Shown: positions 43,690 through 53,594, counted from the stretch's first letter. The stretch: 64,000 bases of DNA from Candidatus Latescibacterota bacterium (GCA_965248435.1 OZ252100.1:2976001-3040000), one strand, 5' to 3'. Program-made: numbers and translations. Notes: generated from the sequence alone by a model not told the origin.

Positions 43690-44493
43690 GTGCTGACCGT
43701 TTCCGAGCGTCGGGCGTGCCGTGTGCTGGGACAGGTGAGGCGCACCCAGCGATACACGCCCAGGGTGGGAGACGACGAGGAGCTTCTGACCGCGAGCATC
43801 GTCTCTCTGGCCAGCGAATACGGGCGGTATGGCTACCGTAGGATCACGGCCCTGCTCAGGGGTGACGGCTGGCGGGTGAACCACAAGCGGGTGGAGCGGA
43901 TCTGGCGTCAGGAGGGGCTGAAGGTGCCCGCCAGACAGCCGAAGCGCGGTCGGCTGTGGCTCAATGACGGTTCCTGCATCAGGCTCAGACCCGAGCACGG
44001 CAACCACGTTTGGGCTTACGACTTCCTATTCGATCGGACCCAGGAAGGGAGGCCCCTGAAGCTCCTGACGGTGGTCGACGAGTTCACCCGCGAGTGCCTG
44101 GCGATAGAAGTTGCCCGCAAGCAGAGCTCGCGGGACGTTCTACGGATGTTGGCCGGGCTGATGTTGAGGCACGGCATCCCGAAACACATCAGATCGGACA
44201 ACGGGCCCGAGTTCGTGGCCAAAGCCGTCCGGGAGTGGCTCTCGAGGTTGGAGGTCGGGACGTTGTTCATCGAGCCGGGTAGTCCGTGGGAGAACGGCTA
44301 CATCGAAAGCTTCAACGGGAAACTCAGGGATGAACTCCTCAACGGTGAGATCTTCACGACGCTGCAGGAGGCAAAGGTATTGACCGAGGTGTGGCGACGG
44401 CAGTACAATCGGGTCCGCCCACACAGCTCGCTTGGCTATAGGCCGCCGGCGCCTGAAACGGTCTTAGGACCGCTAGTTGCAACCGCATCCTAA
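43690..44493 (+). CDS. IS3 transposase OrfB (rve integrase core)
   Basis: YGYRRI, WAYDF, RSDNGPEF, PWENGYIESFNG and YN.VRPHSSL. Confidence 0.93.
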   Translation: MLTVSERRACRVLGQVRRTQRYTPRVGDDEELLTASIVSLASEYGRYGYRRITALLRGDGWRVNHKRVERIWRQEGLKVPARQPKRGRLWLNDGSCIRLRPEHGNHVWAYDFLFDRTQEGRPLKLLTVVDEFTRECLAIEVARKQSSRDVLRMLAGLMLRHGIPKHIRSDNGPEFVAKAVREWLSRLEVGTLFIEPGSPWENGYIESFNGKLRDELLNGEIFTTLQEAKVLTEVWRRQYNRVRPHSSLGYRPPAPETVLGPLVATAS

Positions 44494-44527
44494 CTCTGGA
44501 TGTGGATACATAGGTGGGGGCAGGTCA

Positions 44528-44889
44528 GCGAGCTGGACGACTTCGCCGGACAAACACGTGTAGAGACGGTGGCTTGGATAGATGTAGGTGCGATCCGCGA
44601 CATGAAAATGAAGAATATCCATACCATCGAACAGCTGGCAGGAATGTCCGATGAGGCTATCACTCGGTCGGATATGATCGGGCTGGTAGCTTTGCGCACC
44701 AAAGCGAAAGCGCATATCGCAGACCACCGGAAGTCGTCCGAGTACGATGATATGAAAGCGCAGAACGAGACACTGTCGCAACAGATGGTCCAGATGCAGG
44801 AGCAGATGGCTCAGATGCAAGAGCAGATGACAGCGCAGCCAGAGGGGCAGTCTAAGCGGGGCCCGGGGCGCCCGAGGAAAGCCGAATAA
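44528..44889 (+). pseudogene. C-terminal part of a phage protein, 5' end removed at IS3 right end
   Basis: IHTIEQLAGMSD, coiled coil and KRGPGRPRK tail typical of podovirus post-capsid genes. Confidence 0.55.
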
Positions 44890-44892
44890 TCT

Positions 44893-45259
44893 ATGCCTTC
44901 CACAGAGACAGTACTGACTTTGGCACAGGATGTTGCGGCGTCGATCGGTCTTGAAGTGCCGACATCTCTAAAAAACAATAGAGACCCGACGGCACGGCTG
45001 ATGCTGGTGCTTCTCAATCGCGGCAATCAAGCGCTGGCGTCGAAGCGCGGCCCGTTTGGAGCATCTCGTAGAGCTGGACCTGGAGTGGCGCGTTCGAAAA
45101 GCGCAGGGCTTACAGTACATCGCGGATATTGCAGAGTTCGAGATGGAGCGCGATCGTCTATTTTCGCAAAGCGTGGGACTTCGAGACGTTTACATGTCCC
45201 CTAATTCACAAGACTTCCTTCGTGAGAGCAGTGTTATCCCAGGGTTGGGAGATAGTTAG
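44893..45259 (+). pseudogene. phage head-to-tail adaptor-like gene with internal deletion near 45057
   Basis: N-terminus TVLTLAQDVAASIGL...LLNR fused out of frame to C-terminus L.WR..KAQGLQY. Confidence 0.5.
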
Positions 45260-45281
45260 ATGCCCATAACCATCGGCCTAG

Positions 45282-45482
45282 ATCAAAATATGGTCGAGAC
45301 CCGCTCCGGCTTCGGCTCGGGGCAATGCGGATGACGGCGCGATCATGGCCGGTGCTTTTGGACTGTCAAAGCATTTGGTGTGCAATGTTGGCGTGTTCCT
45401 CGAAGCCCGTACTTTGACGTGGTTATCCGGGGACGCTGGCACCGATATAGGTGTAGGCATCGGGCTCTCAACGGCCTTCTAG
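45282..45482 (+). pseudogene. C-terminal fragment of an outer-membrane beta-barrel
   Basis: Manual translation ...VGVFLEARTL...IGVGIGLSTAF-stop; amphipathic strands with terminal Phe. Confidence 0.45.
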
Positions 45483-45510
45483 GGGAAGTAGAGGGAACGC
45501 GGGTCAACCC

Positions 45511-46744
45511 CCCGGTTATGAAGCGTGCCTATCCGTGGGAGGGGAAGTCAGCGCCGTGGCCGACGAGCATCATCTACGACGAAGAGGAAGGCATCTGGAA
45601 GATGTGGTACAATGGCCTGACCCTGGAGGACGTCCCGGTCGAAAGGTTTCTGTACAGGTGTCTCTACGCCACCTCCAAGGATGGCATCAACTGGGACCGG
45701 TCGCCCCTGGGCCTGCACAAGGACGAAGATGGCAACGATACGAACGTCTTCTACTGGGGCAAAGGACAGTATGTGCTCAAGGACAAGGAGGCCGATCCTT
45801 CCAGGCGGTACAAGATGGTCTACTCGACGCGAGGAAAGGCGGGGCTGCAGCACCCGATGGTCCAGCATTCCCCGGACGGGCTTCACTGGACGGAGGACCC
45901 CGGGCCTTTCAGCCACGGACGTGGGGATGAAAATCTCGGCGTGATGTATGACCCGGTGAGCAAGAAGTATGTCGGGATCTGCCGTAACGTCTATCCGAGA
46001 CCCATGCTGGTCCACAGGACGGAACGGTCCATCTATAGGATGCAGAGCAATGACCTGGTTCACTGGTCCACACCCCTGCCCATCATCGACAGGGACGAGC
46101 TGGATCCACTGGATATAGACTTCGAGGGGATGGGAGGGATGTATTATGAGGGCATGTACCTGGGCTTCCTGAGGGTCAGCCACACCGCGCCCAGCACGAT
46201 GGACTGCTGGTTCGCCCACAGCAGAGACGGTTTCCACTGGCAGAGGCCGAGGACCAGACCGTTTTTTACCTGGGGACCGGAGGGGAGCTGGGACTCGAAA
46301 TCGGCGACGATCTCGACCCCGATTCGGGTCGGGGACGAGCTCTGGGTCTACTATTCGGGGTCGAATGGTGAGAAGGAGACAGCCGTCGGATTGGCAAAGC
46401 TGCGGCTGGACGGGTTCGTGTCGATCGATGCCCCTCCCAACACTCGCCACCCGAAGGACAACTCGGCCACACTGATGACGAAGCCCGTGTATTCTCCCGG
46501 CAATCGACTCGTGATCAATGCGGAAGCTTCCAATGGCAGTATCGAGGCGGAGTTGCTGAGCGTGGATGGGTTCGTGATCGATGGTTATTCGAGAGAAGAC
46601 TGCGACAGCTTCAGCGGGGACAGTCTGGCGCATACCGTCACGTGGAAAGGGAAGGCGGATATAGGTGGGTGTATTCCCGCGAGGATTCGTATTTATATGG
46701 AGAAGGCGAAGCTTTACGCATTGCAGATTCCCAAGGGTCAGTAG
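45511..46744 (+). pseudogene. five-bladed beta-propeller glycoside hydrolase-like protein, 5'-truncated paralog of 47327..48826
   Basis: Homology to the downstream paralog starts abruptly at cccggttatgaagcg; YATSKDGINW, SPDGLHW and SRDGFHW Asp-boxes. Confidence 0.75.
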
Positions 46745-46758
46745 AGAAGACGTGAGTA

Positions 46759-46840
46759 TCCGGGTACCGGGGAATCAAAACACGGGTACCGGGAAGACAA
46801 AACACGGGGGAACCGGAAATCGCAAAGGCCAGGTACTGGG
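46759..46840 (+). repeat. CCGGGTA-based array upstream of four-helix-bundle gene
   Basis: ccgggtaccgggg...aaaacacgggtaccggg...aaaacacggg...ccaggtactggg. Confidence 0.75.
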
Positions 46841-46852
46841 ATGATGGGAAAT

Positions 46853-47236
46853 ATGAAAGTGAGTAGCTATAGAGACCTGGATGTATGGAACAAGGGCATC
46901 GAAATCGTGGATTACGTGTATGAGGTTACGTCTCAGTTTCCAAAGGAAGAAACGTATGGTTTAGCCGCGCACATGCAAAAAACGGCAATATCCATACCCT
47001 CGAACATCGCCGAAGGTCATGCTCGACAGCATACCAGAGAGTACCAGCAGTTCTGTCATATCGCGCTGGGTTCGTGTGCCGAATTGGTGACGCAGTTGAC
47101 TATCGCAGAGCGACGAAGCTATGTGTCTGACGAAGATTTCGCGAAATTGGAAGACGAGTTGGACCACGAAACTCGAATGCTCCAGAGCTCGATTGGGAGT
47201 CTAAAGGAGAAATCGAGCAAAGAATCTAAATCTTGA
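46853..47236 (+). CDS. four helix bundle protein (23S rRNA IVS/bAvd-like family)
   Basis: SYRDLDVW, FPKEETYGL, SIPSNIAEG and ALGSCAELVTQ. Confidence 0.93.
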   Translation: MKVSSYRDLDVWNKGIEIVDYVYEVTSQFPKEETYGLAAHMQKTAISIPSNIAEGHARQHTREYQQFCHIALGSCAELVTQLTIAERRSYVSDEDFAKLEDELDHETRMLQSSIGSLKEKSSKESKS

Positions 47237-47258
47237 GATCAGGAGAGATTGTTCGGCC

Positions 47259-47289
47259 CCCCGGTACCCGGTACCCGAGGTCGGGTAAC
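47259..47289 (-). repeat. TACCCGG array, reverse complement of the upstream arm
   Basis: cccggtacccggtacccg downstream of the four-helix-bundle stop. Confidence 0.7.
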
Positions 47290-47326
47290 AGGTCGCGCGA
47301 TTTCGCTGATAAGGAGATGTGAAGCT

Positions 47327-48826
47327 ATGAGGCTCGAAATCCCTGGTTCAGAACTGATCGTGAACGTCGGGACTCAAAAGCAGCTGTTCATAGATGACTA
47401 TATCATCGAGCGGTCGCGGTGGATCACGCCCCGACTCGCCGAGACGGCGCGCTATATCCAGCCCCCTGCCCGGGACCGGAGCGATCTGGACGGCTGGACG
47501 GAGGGGGTGGATCGGATCTCGGGAGACGTCCCGGGTCACCTGATCCGGGCGACCAGCTTCGTGACGCGGACCCTGAATCAGCCGGAGCGGTTCGAGGGCA
47601 ACCCGGTTATGAAGCGTGCCTATCCGTGGGAAGGGGAGTCTGCGCCGTGGCCGACCAGTATCCTTTACGACGAAGAGGAAGGCATCTGGAAGATGTGGTA
47701 CAACGGTCTGACCACAGAGGACGTTCCGAAGCGGGCGTGGCATTATCGGTGTCTCTACGCCACGTCCCCGGACGGCGTTGCCTGGGACCGGTCGCCCCTG
47801 GGGCTGCACAAGGACGAAGAGGGCAACGATACGAACGTCTTCTACTGGGGAAAAGGGCAGTATATCTTCAAGGACAAAGAGGCCGATCCTTCCAGACGGT
47901 ACAAGATGGTCTACTCCACGCGCAGCAAAGCCGGGCTGCAGCACCCGATGGTCCAGCATTCCCCCGACGGCCTTCACTGGACAGAGGACCCCGGACCTTT
48001 CAGCCACGGCCGGGGAGATGAAAACCTCGGGGTGATGTATGACCCCGTAAGTAGGAAGTATGTCGGGATCTGCCGAAACGTCTATCCGAAACCGGTCCTG
48101 GTCCACAGGACGGAACGGTCCATCTATAGGATGCAGAGCAATGACCTGGTTCACTGGTCCACACCCCTGCCCATCATCGACAGGGACGAGCTGGATCCGA
48201 TGGATATGGACTTCGAGGGGATGGGTGGGATGTTCTATGAGAACATGTACCTGGGCTTTCTGAGGGTCAGCCACACCGCATCTACCACGATGGACTCGTG
48301 GTTTGCCCACAGCAGGGACGGTTTCCACTGGCAGAGGCCAAGGACCCGCCCCTTTCTGCCCAGGGGACCGGAGGGGAGCTGGGACCCGGAATCGGTGACG
48401 ATCTCACAGCCTCCGATACAAGTCGGCGATGAACTCTGGGTGTTCTATGCCGGGGGGGGTGGCCAGGGTTCGGCCGTCGGACTGGCCAAGCTGCGCCTGG
48501 ACGGGTTCGTGTCGATCGATGCCTTCGATCGCACGGCGAAAAACAGAGCGCCCACGCTGATGACAAAACCGATCTATTCTCCCGGCAATCGTCTGGTCGT
48601 GAACGCGGACGCCTCTGCAGGGTTCATCGACGCGGAGTTGTTGAACGTGGATGGATATGTGATGGATGGATTTTCCAGAGAAGACTGCGACACCTTTCAG
48701 GGGGACAGCCGTGAGCATACCTTCAGCTGGAAGGGAAATTCCGATATCGGAGGATGCATGCCGGCAAGAATCCGATTCACGATGAAGAGCGCGAAGCTTT
48801 ATGCGCTGCAGGTTCCCAAGGCGTAA
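47327..48826 (+). CDS. five-bladed beta-propeller glycoside hydrolase-like protein (GH32/GH43/GH130 fold)
   Basis: KQLFIDDYII, Asp-boxes, GDELWVFY and LRLDGFVS; AAGGAG RBS. Confidence 0.85.
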   Translation: MRLEIPGSELIVNVGTQKQLFIDDYIIERSRWITPRLAETARYIQPPARDRSDLDGWTEGVDRISGDVPGHLIRATSFVTRTLNQPERFEGNPVMKRAYPWEGESAPWPTSILYDEEEGIWKMWYNGLTTEDVPKRAWHYRCLYATSPDGVAWDRSPLGLHKDEEGNDTNVFYWGKGQYIFKDKEADPSRRYKMVYSTRSKAGLQHPMVQHSPDGLHWTEDPGPFSHGRGDENLGVMYDPVSRKYVGICRNVYPKPVLVHRTERSIYRMQSNDLVHWSTPLPIIDRDELDPMDMDFEGMGGMFYENMYLGFLRVSHTASTTMDSWFAHSRDGFHWQRPRTRPFLPRGPEGSWDPESVTISQPPIQVGDELWVFYAGGGGQGSAVGLAKLRLDGFVSIDAFDRTAKNRAPTLMTKPIYSPGNRLVVNADASAGFIDAELLNVDGYVMDGFSREDCDTFQGDSREHTFSWKGNSDIGGCMPARIRFTMKSAKLYALQVPKA

Positions 48827-48828
48827 AG

Positions 48829-49370
48829 ACCGGGTACCGGGTACCGGGTACCGCAAAACCCGGGAATCGCTGGTCGTGTCCTGGAGGAGACGACCGGATC
48901 GTGGATCGTCGTTCGTCAAGTATTGAATTGGAGTCCGGAAAACCGCGAGGGTCAAGGCGATCAAAATCAGCGTAGGGGCACGGCGCGCCGTGCCCCTACG
49001 AGCTAATATTGTAGATAAGAATCAATGTTTGAAGAAAGGAGGGGCCGGGGGAGGGTCAGCTGCGGAATCGGTGTTAGAAATGACGGAGGCGAACACCGAT
49101 TTTTCACCAGAAATTGTGGATAGGCATTATGTTGAAGGTCTGTAAAGGGCCGGGTACCGGGTATCATAAAAGATCGGTTACAGAGACCCAGACAGTGTAG
49201 GGTCGACGCATGCGTCGACCCGGGTACCGTAAAAGACCGGTTACAGAGACCCGGACGGTGTAGGGGCGACGCACGCGTCGCCCCGGGGAAAGCAAAACAC
49301 GGGTACTGGGTACCGTCAAAAGAAGAGCACAACCTTCCCCCTTTCCCAAAGGGGGATTAAGGGGGATTTC
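48829..49370. repeat. mosaic of REP-like repeats: (CCGGGTA)n, GTAG-type palindromes and CCCCCTTT..AAAGGGGG hairpin
   Basis: Perfect 30-bp palindrome at 48971-49000; two tandem units of about 65 bp at 49150-49288, each ending in a GTAGGG hairpin; 49280-49370 resembles 56974-57058. Confidence 0.8.
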
Positions 49371-49394
49371 CCCTGACGTGAAGAGGTCCTACCC

Positions 49395-50450
49395 ATGAAC
49401 GAAAACTTACCGAGTCACCGAGCAACGCGGGAAAAGGTCAGGTCCGTGATGTCCTGCAACAATCCGGACCCGATTCCTTTGTTCATGCCGGCCATATACG
49501 AACACAAGGCCTGGTTCATCGACGGCACGCCATCGAATGTTTCGAGAGATGCAGATCTTTTCACCAAGGCGGTGATCACGGAGTTCGAGCAGATAGGACC
49601 GGACGCGCTGACGATCGGGATCGACGTCTACAACCTCGAGGCCGAGGCCGCGGGCTGCACGGTCAGGTTCTACGAGGGGGACGACACGAGCATTCCCGGC
49701 ATTCGGCCCGGTAACCATATCATCAAACTGGGTGAGGACGTGAACAACCGCCGGGTCCCGAACCCGGCGTCGGACGGCCGAATGCCGATCAACATCGAGG
49801 TGGCCCGCCGTGTCGTTGCCGAACTGGGCGACGAGGTCTGGGTGCGCGGGGCCGTGTCGGGACCGTTCTCGCTGGCGATCAGCCTCATGGGCGCCGAGGA
49901 TCTGTTCCTCGCGACGCTGGATGATCCGAAATTCGTGCACGAACTGCTCGCCTATGCGGGGCGCATCATCAAAGATTTCGGCGAGGCGTACATGGGCGTG
50001 GGCGCCGATGTGATCATGTTCGACTCCCAGGCATCACCTGACCTTTTGTCACCCCAGATGTATGCGGAGTATGTGGCGCCTGTGACGCAGGACCTGAACC
50101 GTCACTTCGCCGAGCTGGGCATGGCGCACGTGCCGCTGATCATCGGTGGCAACACGACCCGCGTGATTGATGCCCTCCTCTCCACTGGCGCGAACAACCT
50201 GCTGTGCGATTTCACCGCGGACTGGTCGATCTGGCTGGACAAGAGCCGCAGTGCCAATCGGGCGCTACGTCGCAATTTGAACCCTGCGTTTATCGAAAAG
50301 GCTGATCCGGATCAGATCCATGAGGTTGCTACGGGAGTGGTTCAGGAGGGCGAAGGCTACGGCGGCTTTATCGTCGGCACGGCGGTAGTGCCCTACGGGA
50401 CGCCGACGGAGAATCTGCTAGCTGTCAAACAGGCTTGTGTGGAGGCGTAA
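49395..50450 (+). CDS. uroporphyrinogen decarboxylase / MtaA-CmuA methyltransferase family protein
   Basis: LEAEAAGC, DGRMP, SGPFSLA, LLSPQMY and VPYGTPTEN. Confidence 0.82.
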   Translation: MNENLPSHRATREKVRSVMSCNNPDPIPLFMPAIYEHKAWFIDGTPSNVSRDADLFTKAVITEFEQIGPDALTIGIDVYNLEAEAAGCTVRFYEGDDTSIPGIRPGNHIIKLGEDVNNRRVPNPASDGRMPINIEVARRVVAELGDEVWVRGAVSGPFSLAISLMGAEDLFLATLDDPKFVHELLAYAGRIIKDFGEAYMGVGADVIMFDSQASPDLLSPQMYAEYVAPVTQDLNRHFAELGMAHVPLIIGGNTTRVIDALLSTGANNLLCDFTADWSIWLDKSRSANRALRRNLNPAFIEKADPDQIHEVATGVVQEGEGYGGFIVGTAVVPYGTPTENLLAVKQACVEA

Positions 50451-50555
50451 ACGGCCGGGTACCGGGAAATCAAGAACGGGTGTAAGAAATTGGGGATTGG
50501 GGATTGCGGAATGAAAAGCAGAAGCGGTGTGTTTCGTGGTAGAGGGCGCAACGTT

Positions 50556-50688
50556 GTCATGCCTGCCCCGGTTCGCACCCGGGGTAAACTCCAGCAGGCA
50601 TCCAGTCCGAAAGAAGATGGCAATCGCGCGTTAATGCATCTGGATTCCCGCTCCCTGCTTTCGCAGGGACAAGCTTTGCGGGAATGAC
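50556..50688. repeat. GTCAT...ATCCAG / CTGGATTCCCGC...GGGAATGAC palindromic element
   Basis: Both arms present, each with an extra internal hairpin (ccccgg..ccgggg; tccctgc..gcaggga). Confidence 0.65.
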
Positions 50689-51105
50689 GATGGTGCGCCC
50701 TCTAACCCTTGTGAGTACAGTCTAACGTCTGTAACAAGCCACTAGACTTTCACGAGAAACGCCCCCGCGAGGTCGTGCTGAGATCGGGTAAGGCTGCACT
50801 CGCTCCCGCTCGCTCCGCCTTACCCGATCTCCCACGCCTCTGCTTGCCCATATCGGACCCTCGTTTCTGACCAACCGTAGGTCAATGGAGTGTCCAAGTA
50901 AACTCCGGGGCGCTGGAATTCTAACTTGACATCCACACATTTTCTGAGGTCTGTTTATTAAGGTAGTCTGTTACAGTGTCCTGGCGGCGAAGCACGGCGT
51001 CGTTTCCAGAGAGATGGACGTCAAGGCCTTGCATAGGGCGCTCCTCGAGGATGGCTGCTATCTGGGAGATGCGGTAAGGTTGAGGGAACTGGCCTTGTAG
51101 ACCCA

Positions 51106-53118
51106 TTGTCCAGCTGGGAGAACCTGGTCATGAGAGAGCAACCCAAGTGGCTCCGGGAAGGGCTGATCTTCGTCGGTAACTGGGAGACCCTCGTCGCGCG
51201 GACCCGCCACGGCGGCCTTGCCGAGAACGTGCGGGAGCTCTACAAGGCGGAGCATACGGAAGAAGTGGTGCGCCGGCTGAAGGACGTGGGCGTCAACATG
51301 ATCCTGATGCACTACTTCAAGACGGGGCTCCGGGTCGAGGAGGAGGAGCGGGCATACGCCGCCCAGCTCGCGGGGTTCTGCCGGAAGCACGGGATGCGGG
51401 TCGGCACCTACATCGGTGGGACGATCTACTACGAGACGCTGGCGCAGGATGATGAAGACTGTGTCAACTGGGCCGCACGCGACGAGGATGGCCGGCCGAT
51501 CCGCCGGTCCCTTTCTTCCGGGCTGTGCAGGTACAAGCCCTGCTACAATCAACCCGGCTACCGGGCCTTCATCCGGCGTGTCGTCGAGATGGCCGTGAAG
51601 GAGCTCGGGACCGATCTCGTCCACTTCGACAACTTCGGAGACAGCGCGGAGCCAGTTTGCCACTGCGGGGAGTGTGTCCGGAAGTTCTCGGAATTCCTGG
51701 AGGCGAAATACCCGGACGCGTCGATCCGGCTCGAGCGGTACGGCTTCACCGACCTCTCCCGCATCCGGCCGCCGGTCTTTCCGAAGACGGTTCCCCCGGA
51801 GAAGTACCCGTTGGTCCGCGATCCCTCCGTTCAGGACTGGATGGAGTTCAGTAGCGAGAGCCTCACGGATTTCTACCGGGAGATGAGTGATCTGATCCTG
51901 GAGCTCAATCCGGAGGTGGCGGTCGAGTGCAATCCGGGGGGAGTCCGACCCGGCAACTGTTGCTACTACTGCGGTGTCGATCTGCCGCGGCTGGTCGTGC
52001 ACGGGGATGTGTTCTGGACTGAGGAGAACGCCGAGCCGCGCCTGGAGGACGGCCGACTCATTTCGAGGATCCGGACCTTCAAGGCGGCACAGTCGCTGGG
52101 GAACGTGCTCTTTTCCTACGCGCTCGGGCCACACACGACCCGGTTCCGAAGGTTCAGCAAGGACGCCAGGCTGCCGGTCCTCGAGCCGATGATCCTGGGG
52201 GGCCCCACGATCGGATGCGTGGGCATGATGTGGGAGGGCGGAGAGGTGGAAGAGATCGAAATGAATCTCCGCTCCCCGGACTTCGCCTTCTTCCTGAGGC
52301 ATCGATCTCACTTCGTGGATGCCGAGCCCGTTGCCGACGTGGCGGTGGTGCGCGGTTTCAGCTCCATGGCCTTCAATGCGGTCGATCCTCACCGGGACGT
52401 CTGGTTCTTCGAGCAGGCGCTTGTTCAGTCTGCTGTGCCGTTCACGCTCGCTTTCGACCGCGACCTGACCGAGAGCTGCCGCTACCGGGTGCTCGTGCTG
52501 GCCGGCCAGGAGTGTATCAGCGAGGAGCAGGTGCGCTTCCTCGATGCGTTTCTGCGGGCCGGGTACGGGGTCGTGCTGACAGAAAATTCGGGGACGCACA
52601 ACCCGTGGCATCGCGTTAGAACCGAGCCTCTGACGAAGGTCCTCAGGGCGCGTGCTGACGGGATCGAGACGCTGGAGGGTGGCGTGATTCAAGCGCAGAT
52701 CGGCCGCGGGCGCGCGGCCATCGTTCCCGCCATCGTGGCCACCGCAGATGACCCTTCCGGACCTTTCGACTGGAAACGTCCGGAGAACTGGAAGGATCTC
52801 GTGGACGCGGTCAAGTGGGCGGCGGGCGGGACCCTGTCCGTCGAAGTCGAGGCACCCCCCTCGTTCATCGTGGAGGTCCGCCGGCAGACCGAACCGGATC
52901 GGCTCTTGATCCACCTGCTCAACTTCGATTCGGGGTCTTCTGGTTCCGACCTCCGGGTCTCGGTGGGCATCCCGGAGTTCACACAGTCGGCGGGCTGCGT
53001 CGAGCTGAGTCCGGAGGAACCCGAAGGGCGCGTGGTCCATACCGAGTCGGATGGTGATAGGATCGTGTTTACGGTTTCTGGTGTGGAGAAGTACAGACTG
53101 GTCATCATTGATGGTTGA
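51106..53118 (+). CDS. TIM-barrel glycoside hydrolase with beta-galactosidase-trimerisation-like domain (GH42/GHL-like)
   Basis: PCYNQPGYR, VHFDN, CHCGECVRKF, YRVLVLAGQECIS and IHLLN. Confidence 0.75.
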   Translation: MSSWENLVMREQPKWLREGLIFVGNWETLVARTRHGGLAENVRELYKAEHTEEVVRRLKDVGVNMILMHYFKTGLRVEEEERAYAAQLAGFCRKHGMRVGTYIGGTIYYETLAQDDEDCVNWAARDEDGRPIRRSLSSGLCRYKPCYNQPGYRAFIRRVVEMAVKELGTDLVHFDNFGDSAEPVCHCGECVRKFSEFLEAKYPDASIRLERYGFTDLSRIRPPVFPKTVPPEKYPLVRDPSVQDWMEFSSESLTDFYREMSDLILELNPEVAVECNPGGVRPGNCCYYCGVDLPRLVVHGDVFWTEENAEPRLEDGRLISRIRTFKAAQSLGNVLFSYALGPHTTRFRRFSKDARLPVLEPMILGGPTIGCVGMMWEGGEVEEIEMNLRSPDFAFFLRHRSHFVDAEPVADVAVVRGFSSMAFNAVDPHRDVWFFEQALVQSAVPFTLAFDRDLTESCRYRVLVLAGQECISEEQVRFLDAFLRAGYGVVLTENSGTHNPWHRVRTEPLTKVLRARADGIETLEGGVIQAQIGRGRAAIVPAIVATADDPSGPFDWKRPENWKDLVDAVKWAAGGTLSVEVEAPPSFIVEVRRQTEPDRLLIHLLNFDSGSSGSDLRVSVGIPEFTQSAGCVELSPEEPEGRVVHTESDGDRIVFTVSGVEKYRLVIIDG

Positions 53119-53149
53119 GGGGCCCGGAATTCAGGACAGGAGCACGGGT

Positions 53150-53594
53150 TTGAATCGGAAAGAGATCCAGAAATTGATCGAGGTTCTGGTCAAATACGAG
53201 AAGAGGAACGGGCACAAGGGGCCGGCCAGCGCCCATGTAAGGAAAGGATGGGGTCTGGCGGCGCTATCTGATGAAGGGTGAGCATCTTGCCGATGTGGCC
53301 GGCTGGGTTGTCTCGCTCTCGGAAGATGGGGCGGCAACTCCTTATGTGGCCCTTAAGGAAATCCGAAGGCTGGTCGAATCCGCACACAAAGGCCCTCCTC
53401 GGTCGGCACACGCCTTTCTCGGCAAATATCTGAGTCAGAGGTCGAGTTTGCCTGCCTCTTTCAGGGAGAAGTTTGACCGTCCGGCCAAGAAGGGCGAGAG
53501 GGAGATCCCGCTCTGTGCCGCGGGATTCGCTCAGGCGCTTCGGCGCCTCGGACAGATCGGTCCCGAGGGTGCTGAGGCAGACGTCTATGCCTGA
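53150..53594 (+). CDS. hypothetical protein, apparently frameshifted at about 53278
   Basis: AGGAG then TTG-NRKEIQKL...; removing one G from gaagggtgag joins the next ORF (EHLADVAG...). Confidence 0.4.

Larger units (their letters stand above)
43304..44527 (+). mobile_element. IS3-family insertion sequence
   Basis: IRL TGACCTGACCCCC...AGAGTTAGGAT and IRR (reverse complement) TGACCTGCCCCCA...AGAGTTAGGAT; no target duplication. Confidence 0.93.
41860..45280 (+). mobile_element. degraded prophage remnant (podovirus-like virion genes)
   Basis: Tail-fibre-like gene, repeat protein, post-capsid gene and head-tail adaptor-like fragments. Confidence 0.65.

Noticed and set aside
45511-48826. Diversity-generating retroelement (Avd-like gene between similar repeats)
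   Set aside because: No reverse transcriptase in the window, and paralog differences are not adenine-specific.
46759-49370. CRISPR array from CCGGGTACC repeats
   Set aside because: Repeats are short and degenerate, spacing is irregular, there are no unique constant-length spacers and no cas genes.
51058-53040. 660-aa minus-strand ORF
   Set aside because: Shadow of the glycoside hydrolase on the plus strand.
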